A stretch of 64,000 nt of DNA from an uncultured Gemmatimonadales bacterium (GTDB lineage Bacteria > Gemmatimonadota > Gemmatimonadetes > Gemmatimonadales > GWC2-71-9), in the NCBI GenBank assembly GCA_963779755.1, contig CAVZZO010000001.1, positions 1,408,001 through 1,472,000 on the forward strand, given 5' to 3'. Position numbers and translations under genes: made by a program. A model generated the notes under the pieces. It was not told where the DNA came from, did no database searches, and saw only the letters and a list, made by a program, of their open reading frames with translations. Shown in pieces: positions 9,718-19,679 of this stretch (positions within the stretch are counted from its first letter, which is position 1; the number at the start of each line of letters is the position of its first letter).

Positions 9718-10635
9718 TCACGATGTGGTCTCCCGCTGCCCGTAGAGGATCTCCCCCACCCGCCGCAGCCGGTCAAGACCCCGGATTTCGTGGGGGAAGA
9801 GCGGAATGATGCCGATGGGAAGGTGGCCAGGGCGCTCCCGTAGCTCCTCCAGACGCGCCTGCTGCTGCGCCGCCTTCTCCCGCAGGAACGGCGAATCGGG
9901 ATGCTGGACGACGTTGTTGACGATCAGCCGATCCACGGTGAGGCCGTGGCGCGCCAACTCGGCGAAGACGCCTTCCAGCTGCCGCACGGCGAGCGCTTCG
10001 GGGATGGTCACCATGGAGAAGCGGACCTCGCGGCGCAGAAATTCCATACAGGCGCGCGCCAACTCGTCCCAGCGATGCAGGACCTGCATGACCGATTCCC
10101 GGCGCTCTCCCGATGTGCGGAGATGGGAATAGACCCGCGGCGCGAGGCGCAGATGCTCGGCCAGCATGGCCGGCGTCTCCAGCAGCGCCAGCGTCTGTCC
10201 CAGGGGCGCGGTATCCCACACGATGTGGCGGTAGCGGCCCTGAAGCGCGATGCGCCTGATGTGATCCACCATGAACTCTTCGTTGAGCCCCGGCAGGACC
10301 GACGTCATGAACGCCACGAAGGTGGCGTAGTCGATGTCCACGAAGGCCGAGAAGACGGCGTAGACCTCCCGGCCGAAGCGTTCGTCCCACATCGCCCGGA
10401 CCTCTTCCAGCCCCAGCTCGGTCAACACCAGCCCGGGGAGCAGCTCCCGCTCGTGCTGCCGGCCCTCCAGCTCGAAGATGTGCGAGAGAGAAGGCGTCGG
10501 ATCGGTGGACAGCACCAGGCTCCGATCACCGGCTTCGGCGTGGTGCAGGGCCGTCGCGGCGGAGCAGGTCGTCTTGCCCACGCCGCCCTTGCCGAGGAAG
10601 ACGTGGGTGCGGATGGGGCCGGGGGTCTCAGGCAT
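9718..10635 (-). CDS. ArsA/Get3-family ATPase (single domain)
   Basis: GKGGVGKTT deviant Walker A, STDPTPSL, WDTAPLGQT. Confidence 0.88.
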   Translation of the reverse strand: MPETPGPIRTHVFLGKGGVGKTTCSAATALHHAEAGDRSLVLSTDPTPSLSHIFELEGRQHERELLPGLVLTELGLEEVRAMWDERFGREVYAVFSAFVDIDYATFVAFMTSVLPGLNEEFMVDHIRRIALQGRYRHIVWDTAPLGQTLALLETPAMLAEHLRLAPRVYSHLRTSGERRESVMQVLHRWDELARACMEFLRREVRFSMVTIPEALAVRQLEGVFAELARHGLTVDRLIVNNVVQHPDSPFLREKAAQQQARLEELRERPGHLPIGIIPLFPHEIRGLDRLRRVGEILYGQRETTS

Positions 10636-10698
10636 GTCCAAAGCTAGACCTGCCGCACAGCGGGGCCCACCGCCAGGCCTGGCCGCCGGCTGTTCATC

Positions 10699-10727
10699 TT
10701 GACGGCGGGCCACTTCCTCGGCACATT
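10699..10727 (+). promoter_or_regulatory. sigma70-type promoter of the trp operon
   Basis: TTGACG (10699-10704)-17 nt-CACATT (10722-10727); expected TSS falls at about the leader ATG 10735. Confidence 0.65.
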
Positions 10728-10734
10728 GCTACCC

Positions 10735-10818
10735 ATGCACACGTCGCACCCTTCGCTTACCCGGACGTGGTGGCCCTGGCGCGGTTGTTCCCGCGGTGGG
10801 CCTGTGTGTGCCTTGTAG
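10735..10818 (+). CDS. trpL: trp operon leader peptide, 27 aa MHTSHPSLTRTWWPWRGCSRGGPVCAL
   Basis: Three TGG codons (10768, 10771, 10777) in a short ORF directly upstream of an attenuator hairpin and the trp genes; absent from the ORF track. Confidence 0.88.
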   Translation: MHTSHPSLTRTWWPWRGCSRGGPVCAL

Positions 10819-10852
10819 CGTCCAAACCTGCAGTTCCGGACCCGGCAGCCTG

Positions 10853-10883
10853 AGCCCATCGCGAATGCGATGGGCTTTGTGTT
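10853..10883 (+). terminator. trp attenuator terminator hairpin
   Basis: Perfect 10-bp stem AGCCCATCGC-GAAT-GCGATGGGCT followed by TTGTGTT; 5' arm can alternatively pair with GCGGTGGGC (10793-10801). Confidence 0.85.
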
Positions 10884-10932
10884 GGTAACCGCCGGGTGCG
10901 TCCTGCCGCCCGGCTCTCCGTGAGAGGCGGGC

Positions 10933-11946
10933 ATGATCATCGTCCTGAAACCCGATACCCCCAAGGCGCATGCCGAGCGGCTGATGCAGCGCATCCAGGC
11001 GCTGGGGCTGCGCCCCCTCTGCATGCCGGGCGAGGAACGCGTGGTGCTGGGGGCGCTCGGCGACGAGCGCACGCTCGAATCGCTGCATCTCGAGAGCGAT
11101 CCCCAGGTGGAGAGCGTCAAGCCGATTCTTTCACCCTACAAACTGGTCAGCCGGGAGCTGCATCCGCCCGACACGGTCGTTTCGCTGGCTGGGGTCCAGG
11201 TCGGCGGCCGCGGGTTTACGGTGATCGCCGGGCCCTGCGCGATCGAGTCGCCGACGCAGATGCTGGAGACCGCCCGCCAGGTCCGGGCCGCGGGGGCGCA
11301 TGCACTGCGGGGAGGAGCCTACAAGCCGCGGACCAGCCCCTACTCCTTCCAGGGACTGGGACTCGAGGGACTGCGAATCCTGCACGAGGTATCGCGGGAG
11401 TGCGGGCTGCCGGCCGTTACCGAAGTGGTGGAGGTGGCGGATGTGGAAGTGGTGGATCGCTATGCCGACGCCTTTCAGGCCGGCGCGCGCAACATGCAGA
11501 ACTACCGGCTGCTGCAGGCGCTGGGCCGCAGCCGCAAGCCGGTAGTCCTGAAGCGGGGGCCGGCCGCCCGGATCGAGGATCTCCTGCTCTCGGCGGAGTA
11601 CATCCTGGCCGAGGGCAACCCCAACGTGATCCTGTGCGAGCGGGGCATCCAGACCTTCGAGACCGCCACCCGGAATACCCTGGATCTCAGCGCCATCCCG
11701 CTCATCAAACAGCGCAGCCACCTGCCGGTGCTGGTGGACCCGTCCCACGGGACCGGTCTGCGGGAGCTGGTAGCCCCCATGGCCAGGGCCGCCCTGGCAT
11801 GCGGCGCCGACGGGCTGCTGCTCGAGGTGCACTGTGATCCGCCGGCCGCCCTCTCGGACGGGCGCCAATCGCTCTTCCCCGACCAGTTTGCCCGGCTCAT
11901 GCGGGAGCTGGAGCCGTTCGCCCGCGCGGCGGGGAAGGAATTGTGA
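10933..11946 (+). CDS. aroF: 3-deoxy-7-phosphoheptulonate (DAHP) synthase, type I-beta with N-terminal regulatory domain
   Basis: MIIVLKP N-domain, IAGPCAIES, GGAYKPRTSPYSFQGLG, LCERGI, DPSHGTG. Confidence 0.93.
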   Translation: MIIVLKPDTPKAHAERLMQRIQALGLRPLCMPGEERVVLGALGDERTLESLHLESDPQVESVKPILSPYKLVSRELHPPDTVVSLAGVQVGGRGFTVIAGPCAIESPTQMLETARQVRAAGAHALRGGAYKPRTSPYSFQGLGLEGLRILHEVSRECGLPAVTEVVEVADVEVVDRYADAFQAGARNMQNYRLLQALGRSRKPVVLKRGPAARIEDLLLSAEYILAEGNPNVILCERGIQTFETATRNTLDLSAIPLIKQRSHLPVLVDPSHGTGLRELVAPMARAALACGADGLLLEVHCDPPAALSDGRQSLFPDQFARLMRELEPFARAAGKEL

Positions 11947-13502
11947 CGATGGTGCGCTCCCTGCGCCGCGTTCTCCCGGCGACGCCCGATCCCTGTGCAC
12001 TGTATGGAGCGTTGACCAGCGCCGGCGCCATGCCCGGTACGTTCCTGCTCGAATCGGCCGACCTGGCCGCCGGCACCGGGGAGCGGAGCCTGCTGGGCGT
12101 GCGGGCCGCGCTCCGGATTGTCTGCCACGGCCGGCGTGTGATCGTCGAGGCCCGGAGCGCCAACGGCCAGGCGCTGCTGCCGTTCCTGGGACGGCGTCTG
12201 GCCGCGACGGCGACGGTGCACCGGCGTGCGGATGCAATCGAGGCATGGTATCCGGAGGTCCCGGACGGGTCGCTGGACGAAGCGGCGCGGCTCCGACGCC
12301 CCTCGCCCCTGGACGCGCTCCGTATCGCGATTCTGGGTGCGGAGGTGCAGGCGGAGGGCGGCAGTTCCGAACTACTCGCGGCCGGCACCTTTTCCTATGA
12401 CCTGGTCGAACTGTTCGAGCATCTGCCCGCCGGGCGGCCGGAGGCGGCCGCCACGCCGTTCTTCGAGTTCTGGGTCCCCGACCGGCTCATCATCGTCGAT
12501 CATTTGCGCGGGCAGACGGTGGTCATGGCCCTGGCCTGCGGCCCGGAGGATACCCATTACCACGATGCGGTGCGTGCGGTAGGGAGCCTGGCCGCGGCCG
12601 TGGAACGCGCGGCCGTCAACCCACTGCCGGCGGAGGCGCCTGCCGGAGGCCCTTTGCCCGAGCCGTCCGTGGATCTCGATGATGCCGGGTTCGCGGATCT
12701 GGTGGGGGCGCTCCAGCGCCATATCCTCGCGGGCGACGTTTTTCAGATCGTACCGTCCCGCTGTTTTTCGCTGCCCTGCGCCGGCTCTCCGCTCCAGGCT
12801 TATCGCCGGCTCCGCGCGGCCAATCCGAGTCCCTGCCTCTTCTTTGTAGCCGGCGATGCGGGAACCCTCTTTGGCGCCTCGCCGGAGCCGGCGGTGCGTG
12901 TCTCGGGACGGGCCCGCCGGGTTACGGTCCGTCCCATCGCCGGGACGGCGCCGCGCGGCCGGACGCCTGACGGGCGCCTCGATCCGGATCTGGACGTTCG
13001 GCTGGAGGCGGCATTGCACCAGGACCCGAAGGAGTTGGCCGAGCACATGATGCTGGTAGACCTGGCGCGCAACGATGTCGCCCGGATCTGCCAACCCGGA
13101 TCCCGCGAGGTCACCCGATTGCTTACGGTGGACCGCTACAGCCGCGTGATGCACCTGGTTTCCGAAGTCCAGGGTACGCTTGCCGGGGAGTGGGATGCGC
13201 TGCACGCCTATGCGGCGTGCATGAACATGGGAACGCTGGTAGGTGCCCCCAAGCTGCGGGCGGCGGAGCTGCTGCGGGAATTCGAGCCGTCCCGCCGAGG
13301 CGTTTACGGCGGAGCGGTCGGATACCTGGCGCAAAGCGGCGATCTCGATACCGCCATCGTCATCCGGGCCGCGGTGGTGCGTGACGGCATCGCCACCGTC
13401 CGCGCCGGTGCCGGGGTGGTACACGGTTCGCGTCCACTGGCCGAAGCGCGAGAAACCCGGCTGAAGGCGGAGGCGGTGCTGCGCGCCGTGGCGGCATGCT
13501 GA
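11943..13502 (+). CDS. trpE: anthranilate synthase component I
   Basis: LLESAD, GDVFQIVPSR, GASPE, KELAEHMMLVDLARND, MNMGTLVGAPK. Confidence 0.95.
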   Translation: MTMVRSLRRVLPATPDPCALYGALTSAGAMPGTFLLESADLAAGTGERSLLGVRAALRIVCHGRRVIVEARSANGQALLPFLGRRLAATATVHRRADAIEAWYPEVPDGSLDEAARLRRPSPLDALRIAILGAEVQAEGGSSELLAAGTFSYDLVELFEHLPAGRPEAAATPFFEFWVPDRLIIVDHLRGQTVVMALACGPEDTHYHDAVRAVGSLAAAVERAAVNPLPAEAPAGGPLPEPSVDLDDAGFADLVGALQRHILAGDVFQIVPSRCFSLPCAGSPLQAYRRLRAANPSPCLFFVAGDAGTLFGASPEPAVRVSGRARRVTVRPIAGTAPRGRTPDGRLDPDLDVRLEAALHQDPKELAEHMMLVDLARNDVARICQPGSREVTRLLTVDRYSRVMHLVSEVQGTLAGEWDALHAYAACMNMGTLVGAPKLRAAELLREFEPSRRGVYGGAVGYLAQSGDLDTAIVIRAAVVRDGIATVRAGAGVVHGSRPLAEARETRLKAEAVLRAVAAC

Positions 13503-14083
13503 ACGTCACGTTCATCGACAACCGCGATTCGTTCATCTGGAACCTGGTGGACGAGTTCACCCGGCGCGGAGCCCGCGCGACGGTCTACCGGAACACGGTC
13601 GAGAGCGGCCTGGTGCTGGCGGAGCTGGAGCGGGCGCAGCCCGCGCTGCTGGTTCTCTCCCCCGGCCCCGGGCGGCCGGCGGGCGCCGGGTGCTGTGCCG
13701 AGCTGGTGCGGCTCGCTGCCGGCCGGATTCCCACGTTCGGCGTCTGTCTGGGCCATCAGGTCATGGTGGAGGTGCTGGGGGGCCGCGTCGCGCCGGCGGA
13801 CGCCGTGGTCCATGGGCGGGCCATGCCCGTATGCCATCGGGGTGGGCCGCTCTTCACCGGGGTGCCTTCGCCCTTCCTGGCGGGCCGCTATCACTCGCTC
13901 GCTGCGGAGCGCCTGCCGGAGTCGCTGGACTGTGTGGCCAGCGCCGGGGAAACCGTGATGGCGGTGCAGCACCGCGGCGCGCCCATGCTGGGCGTGCAGT
14001 TCCATCCCGAGTCGATCCTCACGCCGGACGGCGGCCGCATTATCGAGAACGTCATCCAATGGGCTGCCCATGCAGGTCGCTGA
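13496..14083 (+). CDS. trpG: anthranilate synthase component II (glutamine amidotransferase)
   Basis: IDNRDSF, SPGPG, GVCLGHQ, RYHSL, QFHPES. Confidence 0.95.
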   Translation: MLNVTFIDNRDSFIWNLVDEFTRRGARATVYRNTVESGLVLAELERAQPALLVLSPGPGRPAGAGCCAELVRLAAGRIPTFGVCLGHQVMVEVLGGRVAPADAVVHGRAMPVCHRGGPLFTGVPSPFLAGRYHSLAAERLPESLDCVASAGETVMAVQHRGAPMLGVQFHPESILTPDGGRIIENVIQWAAHAGR

Positions 14084-15083
14084 AGCGCTGGAAACGCTGG
14101 CGCGCCGCATGCCCTCCAGGCAAGAAAGCCTGGCGCTCTTCCGCCGCTTGCTCACCGGCGGCTACAGCGAGCCGCAGATGGCGGCCATCCTCGCGGGCCT
14201 GAAGACCCGGGGAGAAACGCCCGAGGTCATGGCCGGGGCAGTGGAGGCGCTGCTCGAGGCGGCGGTGCCGTTTCCGCGCCCCGACTACCCCTACGCCGAC
14301 TGCTGCGGGACCGGCGGTGATGGGGCGGGCACCGTGAACATTTCCACGGCCGCGGCGTTCGTGGCCGCGGAGCTGGGCATTCCGGTTGCGAAAGCGGGCA
14401 ATCGTTCCGTGTCCTCCCGGTGTGGCTCTGCCGACCTGCTGGAGCGCCTGGGAGTCCGGCTGGACCTGGGGCCGGAGGAGGCCCGCGCCTGTCTCGACCG
14501 GGTCGGTCTGTGTTTCGTCTACGCGCCCCGGTACCATCCCGGCCTCCGGCATGCCGCACCGGTGCGGCGCGCCCTGGGAGTCCGCACGGTCTTCAACCTG
14601 GTCGGCCCGCTGGCCAACGCTGCGCGGCCCACCTGGCAGCTCATGGGGGTCTACGACCCGGCATGGTGCGAAGCATCCGCCCGCACCCTGTCGCTGCTGG
14701 GCCGTACCGCGGCGCTGGTGGTGCATGGCAGCGGGCTGGATGAACTGGCTCTGCACGGGCCGAGCACCGGATGGCTGCTGCGGGAAGGAATGCTCCGGCC
14801 CGTGACGCTCACGCCGGAAGCGGCGGGACTGCGGCGGAGCCCGCTGGCCGCGCTCGCTGGCGGCGACGCCCAAGCAAATGCAGCCTGGCTGGAAGAGGTG
14901 CTGCTCGGCAGGGCGCCTCGAGCCCACTGTGACGCGGTGGCCCTGAATGCTGGAGCATTGGCCTGGGCGGTTGGTGTGGCCGGCGATCTGCGCGCGGGAG
15001 CCGCCATGGCTCTCGACGCGCTCGCCACCGGCCGTTGTCTCGACCGCCTGCACCGGCTGGTGGAGTTCCCGCGGCATGCTTGA
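14070..15083 (+). CDS. trpD: anthranilate phosphoribosyltransferase
   Basis: DCCGTGGDG, NISTAAAFV, KAGNRSVSSRCGSAD, GLDE. Confidence 0.95.
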   Translation: MQVAEALETLARRMPSRQESLALFRRLLTGGYSEPQMAAILAGLKTRGETPEVMAGAVEALLEAAVPFPRPDYPYADCCGTGGDGAGTVNISTAAAFVAAELGIPVAKAGNRSVSSRCGSADLLERLGVRLDLGPEEARACLDRVGLCFVYAPRYHPGLRHAAPVRRALGVRTVFNLVGPLANAARPTWQLMGVYDPAWCEASARTLSLLGRTAALVVHGSGLDELALHGPSTGWLLREGMLRPVTLTPEAAGLRRSPLAALAGGDAQANAAWLEEVLLGRAPRAHCDAVALNAGALAWAVGVAGDLRAGAAMALDALATGRCLDRLHRLVEFPRHA

Positions 15084-16455
15084 GGAAATCCTGGCGCACA
15101 AGCGCGCCGAGCTGGCCGAGCGCCGTCGCCGGCTCTCGTACGAGTCGCTGCTGGGGCGCGCTCGGGCCACCACAAGGGATTTCGAACATTCTCTGCGGTC
15201 CCGGCGGCCCGGCTTCATTCTGGAGGTCAAGACGGCATCGCCCTCCGCCGGGGCTCTGCGGCCGGAGAGCGAGCTCGAGCCGGTACTGGCCGCGTATGCC
15301 GCCCATGCCGATGCGATCAGCGTCCTGACCGACGAGCACTTCTTCGGCGGATCGCTGGCGCGTCTGCGTGCCGTCCGGCGCCGGGTGCGCCAGCCGCTGC
15401 TCTGCAAGGATTTCATCCTCGATCCTTACCAGGTGGCGGAAGCGCGCGGCGCCGGCGCGGATGCCGTGCTGCTCATCCTTGCGGCGCTCTCCGACGCCCA
15501 GTGGCGCGACTGCGCGGCGCTGGCATGCCGGCTCGGCATGGCGGTGCTGACGGAGGTTCACGACGCCGCCGAAGCGGCGCGAGCCGTTGCACTGGGGGCG
15601 CGTGTGATCGGCATCAATAATCGTGATCTCCGCACTCTGGCGGTCGACCCGGGGACAGTGGCCCGGCTCGCGCCGCGGCTTCCGCCCCGCGTGCTGGTGG
15701 TGGCGGAGTCCGGCATCGCCACGCGGGAAGACGCCGAGCGCCAGGCGCGACAGGCCGATGCCATGCTCATCGGCAGTGCCGTGATGCGTTCGTCCGCTCC
15801 GTCGCGGACGGTGCGACGCCTGGTGTTCGGGCGAACCAAGATCTGCGGTCTCACCAGTCCCGACGATGCCATGGCGGCCGCGGCGGCGGGCGCAACGCAT
15901 GGTGGCCTGGTCTTTGTCCCGTCGTCGCCTCGCCGGGTGGAGCCCGAGGCCGCGCGCGCCATCGCCGAATCGGCAGATCTCGACTGGGTCGGGGTCTTCG
16001 CCGATGCGTCGCCGGCGCTGATGGCCTCCCTGGCGCGCTCCCTCAATCTGGCCGCAGTGCAGCTGCACGGCCGCGAGGACGCCCGGGCGGTGGCGGCGGT
16101 GCGTGCCGCGCTGCCGCCCAGCTGCCGGATCTGGCAGGCGGCGCGGGTCGCGGGGTGCCTCCCGGCCGGCCCCGCGCCGGCTGTGGACCGCCTGCTGTTC
16201 GACACCTGGGTGCCCGGCCGGGCGGGCGGGACCGGCCGGTCGTTCGACTGGTCGCTGCTCGACGGTTATCCGGCACGCGCCGAGGTCGTCCTGGCCGGAG
16301 GCATTCATCCGGGGAATGTCGAACGTGCGGCCGCCCTGGGGGTTCATGCCTTGGACGTGAGCACCGGAGTGGAACGGAGTATGGGCCGGAAGGATGCCGC
16401 GCTCATGGCTGTCCTGCTCGAGCGACGGCGGAGATTGCCGGGGAGGCGAGCGTGA
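15076..16455 (+). CDS. trpCF: bifunctional indole-3-glycerol-phosphate synthase / phosphoribosylanthranilate isomerase
   Basis: [31 protein letters not shown] followed in frame by KICGLT, VQLHG, LAGGI, DVSTGVE. Confidence 0.95.
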   Translation: MLEEILAHKRAELAERRRRLSYESLLGRARATTRDFEHSLRSRRPGFILEVKTASPSAGALRPESELEPVLAAYAAHADAISVLTDEHFFGGSLARLRAVRRRVRQPLLCKDFILDPYQVAEARGAGADAVLLILAALSDAQWRDCAALACRLGMAVLTEVHDAAEAARAVALGARVIGINNRDLRTLAVDPGTVARLAPRLPPRVLVVAESGIATREDAERQARQADAMLIGSAVMRSSAPSRTVRRLVFGRTKICGLTSPDDAMAAAAAGATHGGLVFVPSSPRRVEPEAARAIAESADLDWVGVFADASPALMASLARSLNLAAVQLHGREDARAVAAVRAALPPSCRIWQAARVAGCLPAGPAPAVDRLLFDTWVPGRAGGTGRSFDWSLLDGYPARAEVVLAGGIHPGNVERAAALGVHALDVSTGVERSMGRKDAALMAVLLERRRRLPGRRA

Positions 16456-17645
16456 GCGTGAGCGCGGGCCGGCTGGGCCGGCCGGGCCGGTTCGGCGGGT
16501 ACGGTGGGCGGTATGTGCCGGAGATTCTGGTGCCGGCGCTCACCGCGCTGGAGCAGGGCTTCGGCGAGGCCATGGCCGATGCCGATTTCCAGGCCCAGCT
16601 GGGCGATCTCCTGCGCAATTACGCTGGGCGCCCGACGCCTCTGTATCGCTGCCGCAGGCTCCGGGCCGGCGCTACGGAGATCTATCTCAAGCGGGAAGAC
16701 TTGTTGCACGGCGGCGCCCACAAGACCAACCAGGCGCTGGGACAGGGACTGCTGGCCCGCCGGCTGGGCAAGCGGCGACTCATTGCGGAAACCGGCGCGG
16801 GCCAGCACGGGGTCGCCACGGCCATGACCGGCGCCGTGCTGGGGCTACCGGTACGGGTGTACATGGGTGCCCGCGATATGGAACGGCAGCAGACCAACGT
16901 GCTGCGGATGCAGCTCATGCGCGCCGAGGTGGTGCCGGTGACGGCGGGCTCGGCCACGCTCAAGGAGGCCATCAACGAGGCCCTGCGCGACTGGTCCGCC
17001 AGCTACGACGAGACCCACTATCTCCTGGGCACGGTGGCCGGTCCGCACCCCTATCCCACCATGGTCCGTGAATTTCAGCGGGTGATCGGCGACGAGGCCC
17101 GGGCACAGTTCCTTGCGGCCGAGGGGCGCCTGCCGGATCTGGTGATCGCCGCTGTCGGTGGCGGCTCCAACGCCATGGGCATCTTCACGGCTTTCCTGTC
17201 CGATGCCGGCGTGCGGTTACGGGCGGTCGAGGCCGCCGGCGCCGGCCTCGAGACCGGCCGGCACGGAGCTACCCTGGCGCGCGGTACCCCGGGCGTTCTC
17301 CATGGCGCGTTGACCCGGGTCCTGCAGGATGCCGAGGGCCAGATCCGCGAGAGCTATTCCATCAGCGCGGGGCTCGATTACCCGGCGGTTGGGCCGGAGC
17401 TGACGGCCCTGGCCGAAGCTGGGCGGGTGGAGACGGCCGCCTGTGACGACCATGCGGCCGTGGCGGCCTTCCATGACCTGGCGGAGCATGAGGGCATCCT
17501 GCCCGCGCTGGAATCGGCGCATGCACTGGCGGAAGCACTGGAGGCCGGCCGGCGCGGTGAAGGGGCGCGGATCCTGGTGAATCTCTCGGGCCGGGGTGAC
17601 AAGGATCTTGCGACCATCGAGAAGTGGAACGGGAGCCGCGGATGA
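16452..17645 (+). CDS. trpB: tryptophan synthase beta chain
   Basis: [15 protein letters not shown] (PLP Lys), [27 protein letters not shown]. Confidence 0.97.
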   Translation: MSVSAGRLGRPGRFGGYGGRYVPEILVPALTALEQGFGEAMADADFQAQLGDLLRNYAGRPTPLYRCRRLRAGATEIYLKREDLLHGGAHKTNQALGQGLLARRLGKRRLIAETGAGQHGVATAMTGAVLGLPVRVYMGARDMERQQTNVLRMQLMRAEVVPVTAGSATLKEAINEALRDWSASYDETHYLLGTVAGPHPYPTMVREFQRVIGDEARAQFLAAEGRLPDLVIAAVGGGSNAMGIFTAFLSDAGVRLRAVEAAGAGLETGRHGATLARGTPGVLHGALTRVLQDAEGQIRESYSISAGLDYPAVGPELTALAEAGRVETAACDDHAAVAAFHDLAEHEGILPALESAHALAEALEAGRRGEGARILVNLSGRGDKDLATIEKWNGSRG

Positions 17646-18475
17646 ACGACCGGTATGCCTGTCTGTTCCAGGAGCTCGCCCGCAAACGGGAGGGCGCCTT
17701 CGTCCCCTTCGCCATGCTGGGCGATCCCGGGCCTGATCTCTCCCGGGTCGTTCTGCATGCCCTGGCGGAATCGGGCGCGGACGCGCTGGAGCTGGGCCTC
17801 CCGTTTTCCGATCCCGTGGCCGACGGGCCGGTGATCCAGGCGGCGGCGGGGCGGGCGCTTCGTGCGGGTCTGCGCCGCGCCGACTGCTGGGAACTCATTG
17901 CGGAAATTCGCCGGGAGTATCCAACCCTGCCGGTGGGCATTCTGGCCTACGCCAACCTCGTGTTTCATGACGGTCCCGACGCGTTCTGCCGCCAGGCCGC
18001 CCGGGCGGGGGTGGACGCCCTCCTGATTCCCGACCTGCCGCTGGAGGAGGCGGATGAAGTGCGCGAGGCCGGGGCGCGCTGTGGGGTGCACAGCGTGTTC
18101 ATCCTCCCGCCTGATGCCGACGAGAACACCCTTGGCCGGATCGCGGCCGCGAGCCGGGGCTTTACGTACGTGACCACCCGGGCGGGCGTGACCGGCGCGG
18201 ACCGCATGCTCCAGCGGGCGCAGGCCGAGCGGGTGAGACGGCTCCGGGCGCTGGCGGCGGCGCCGCCCCTGCTCGGCTTCGGTATCGCCCGGCCCATGCA
18301 GGTGCGCGCCGCGCTCGAGCTGGGGGCGGCGGGGGCGATCAGCGGCTCGGCGGTAGTGGCGCTGGTCGAACGCTACGCGGCGGAGGGCGCAGCGCTCTCC
18401 GCTGCGCTGGCGGGGTTCGTCCGCGAAATGAAGGCGGCCACGCGGCAGCCGGAGACCGAGGCGTTCGGGGTCTAG
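17642..18475 (+). CDS. trpA: tryptophan synthase alpha chain
   Basis: [41 protein letters not shown]. Confidence 0.97.
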   Translation: MNDRYACLFQELARKREGAFVPFAMLGDPGPDLSRVVLHALAESGADALELGLPFSDPVADGPVIQAAAGRALRAGLRRADCWELIAEIRREYPTLPVGILAYANLVFHDGPDAFCRQAARAGVDALLIPDLPLEEADEVREAGARCGVHSVFILPPDADENTLGRIAAASRGFTYVTTRAGVTGADRMLQRAQAERVRRLRALAAAPPLLGFGIARPMQVRAALELGAAGAISGSAVVALVERYAAEGAALSAALAGFVREMKAATRQPETEAFGV

Positions 18476-19641
18476 GATTCTGCGGGCCTCCGCAGCAGCC
18501 GCACATCCTCGCGGGGGTAGCTGGGCAGGATACGGTCTGCGTGCTCCGGTTTCGCCAGCTCCTCGCTCAATCGCTCCGTGAGCAGGCTGGCCCACTTCCG
18601 CCGCTGGCGCGCGTCCACCAGGTAGCGCACGGTCAGGTTGGTCCAGGAGTCGGTGACGTCCACATACACCTGCGGCTCGTTGGAGATATCCCAGGCCAGT
18701 CCGGCGGCGGTCAGCAGCTGGCGGTAGGAGGTGGCCGGGTCGGCCATCATGGGGCCCACGACCTCGGTGGAAATGCCGCGGACCACGGTGATGGCGTACT
18801 TGAGGTCGCTCTCGTTGGCGATGCCCACGGTCACTTCGTCCCAGACGAACGAGAAATCACGGGTGTAGTTGATCACGTTGTTGCGCAGCACTTCGGAATT
18901 GGGAAACGTGATCATGGCGCCGGTGGGTTGCGCCGCCCGGACGGGCTTGCCGGGGCCGCCGGCTTCCCAGACCGTCGTGGTGAGAAAATCGATCCGGAAG
19001 ACATCGCCGAACACCTCGCCGACCGCAATCCGGTCGCCCACCCGGTAATAGCCGCGAAACGAATTGATGAGCCACCCGGTGAAGCTTTCGATCGGGGTCT
19101 GCAGCGCCCAGGAAAGGGCGAGTCCGATCAGGCCCAGCGAGCCGATCAGGGTCCGCACGTCGCCCGCGAGCACACTGAGGGCCACGCCGAGGGCGAGAAT
19201 CCAGATGACGATCCCGGCCAGGGCGCTGAACGCGTCGGCCCGGCTGAAACTGCGCAGGACGGAGCGGAGCAGCAGGCGCGCGGCGCGGCTCAGGATGCCG
19301 GCCAGCACCAGGATCACCAGCGCGATGCCGATCTTGGGCAAGAGCGCGACGAACCCGTGCCAGAACCCCCGGAGCGCGCCGGTCGCCTGGTGCACGGACT
19401 CGGCGGTGGTGGGCGCGGCGGTATCGGCGGCGGCGGCCGCGGTTTCGGGCGGCGTGGCCGGGTGCTGGGCCGGCACCTGCCAGGCCAGCAGGAGCATGGC
19501 GGTAAACGCCACCGCCAGAGTCGTGCGCTGGCGAAACCAGCGCATGCGCTGCAGGGCGGAACGGTTGTATTCGCGAACGCCCGGCCGCTGCGGGGCGCGC
19601 CGGTGCCGGCGTTCGCGGTCCTCAGGGTTCCCGCTGGGCAT
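18472..19641 (-). CDS. MscS-family mechanosensitive channel
   Basis: GLIGLALSWALQ, YRVGDRIAVGEVFGDV, FPNSEVL, NYTRDF; GGAGG SD. Confidence 0.85.
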   Translation of the reverse strand: MPSGNPEDRERRHRRAPQRPGVREYNRSALQRMRWFRQRTTLAVAFTAMLLLAWQVPAQHPATPPETAAAAADTAAPTTAESVHQATGALRGFWHGFVALLPKIGIALVILVLAGILSRAARLLLRSVLRSFSRADAFSALAGIVIWILALGVALSVLAGDVRTLIGSLGLIGLALSWALQTPIESFTGWLINSFRGYYRVGDRIAVGEVFGDVFRIDFLTTTVWEAGGPGKPVRAAQPTGAMITFPNSEVLRNNVINYTRDFSFVWDEVTVGIANESDLKYAITVVRGISTEVVGPMMADPATSYRQLLTAAGLAWDISNEPQVYVDVTDSWTNLTVRYLVDARQRRKWASLLTERLSEELAKPEHADRILPSYPREDVRLLRRPAES

Positions 19642-19679
19642 GTCTCCTCCATCGGCCGGGGGGGAGCGCCTGGTGGCTG

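Noticed and set aside
10729..11120. Minus-strand ORFs over the trp leader and aroF
   Set aside because: No motifs; the region is explained by trpL, the attenuator and aroF on the plus strand.
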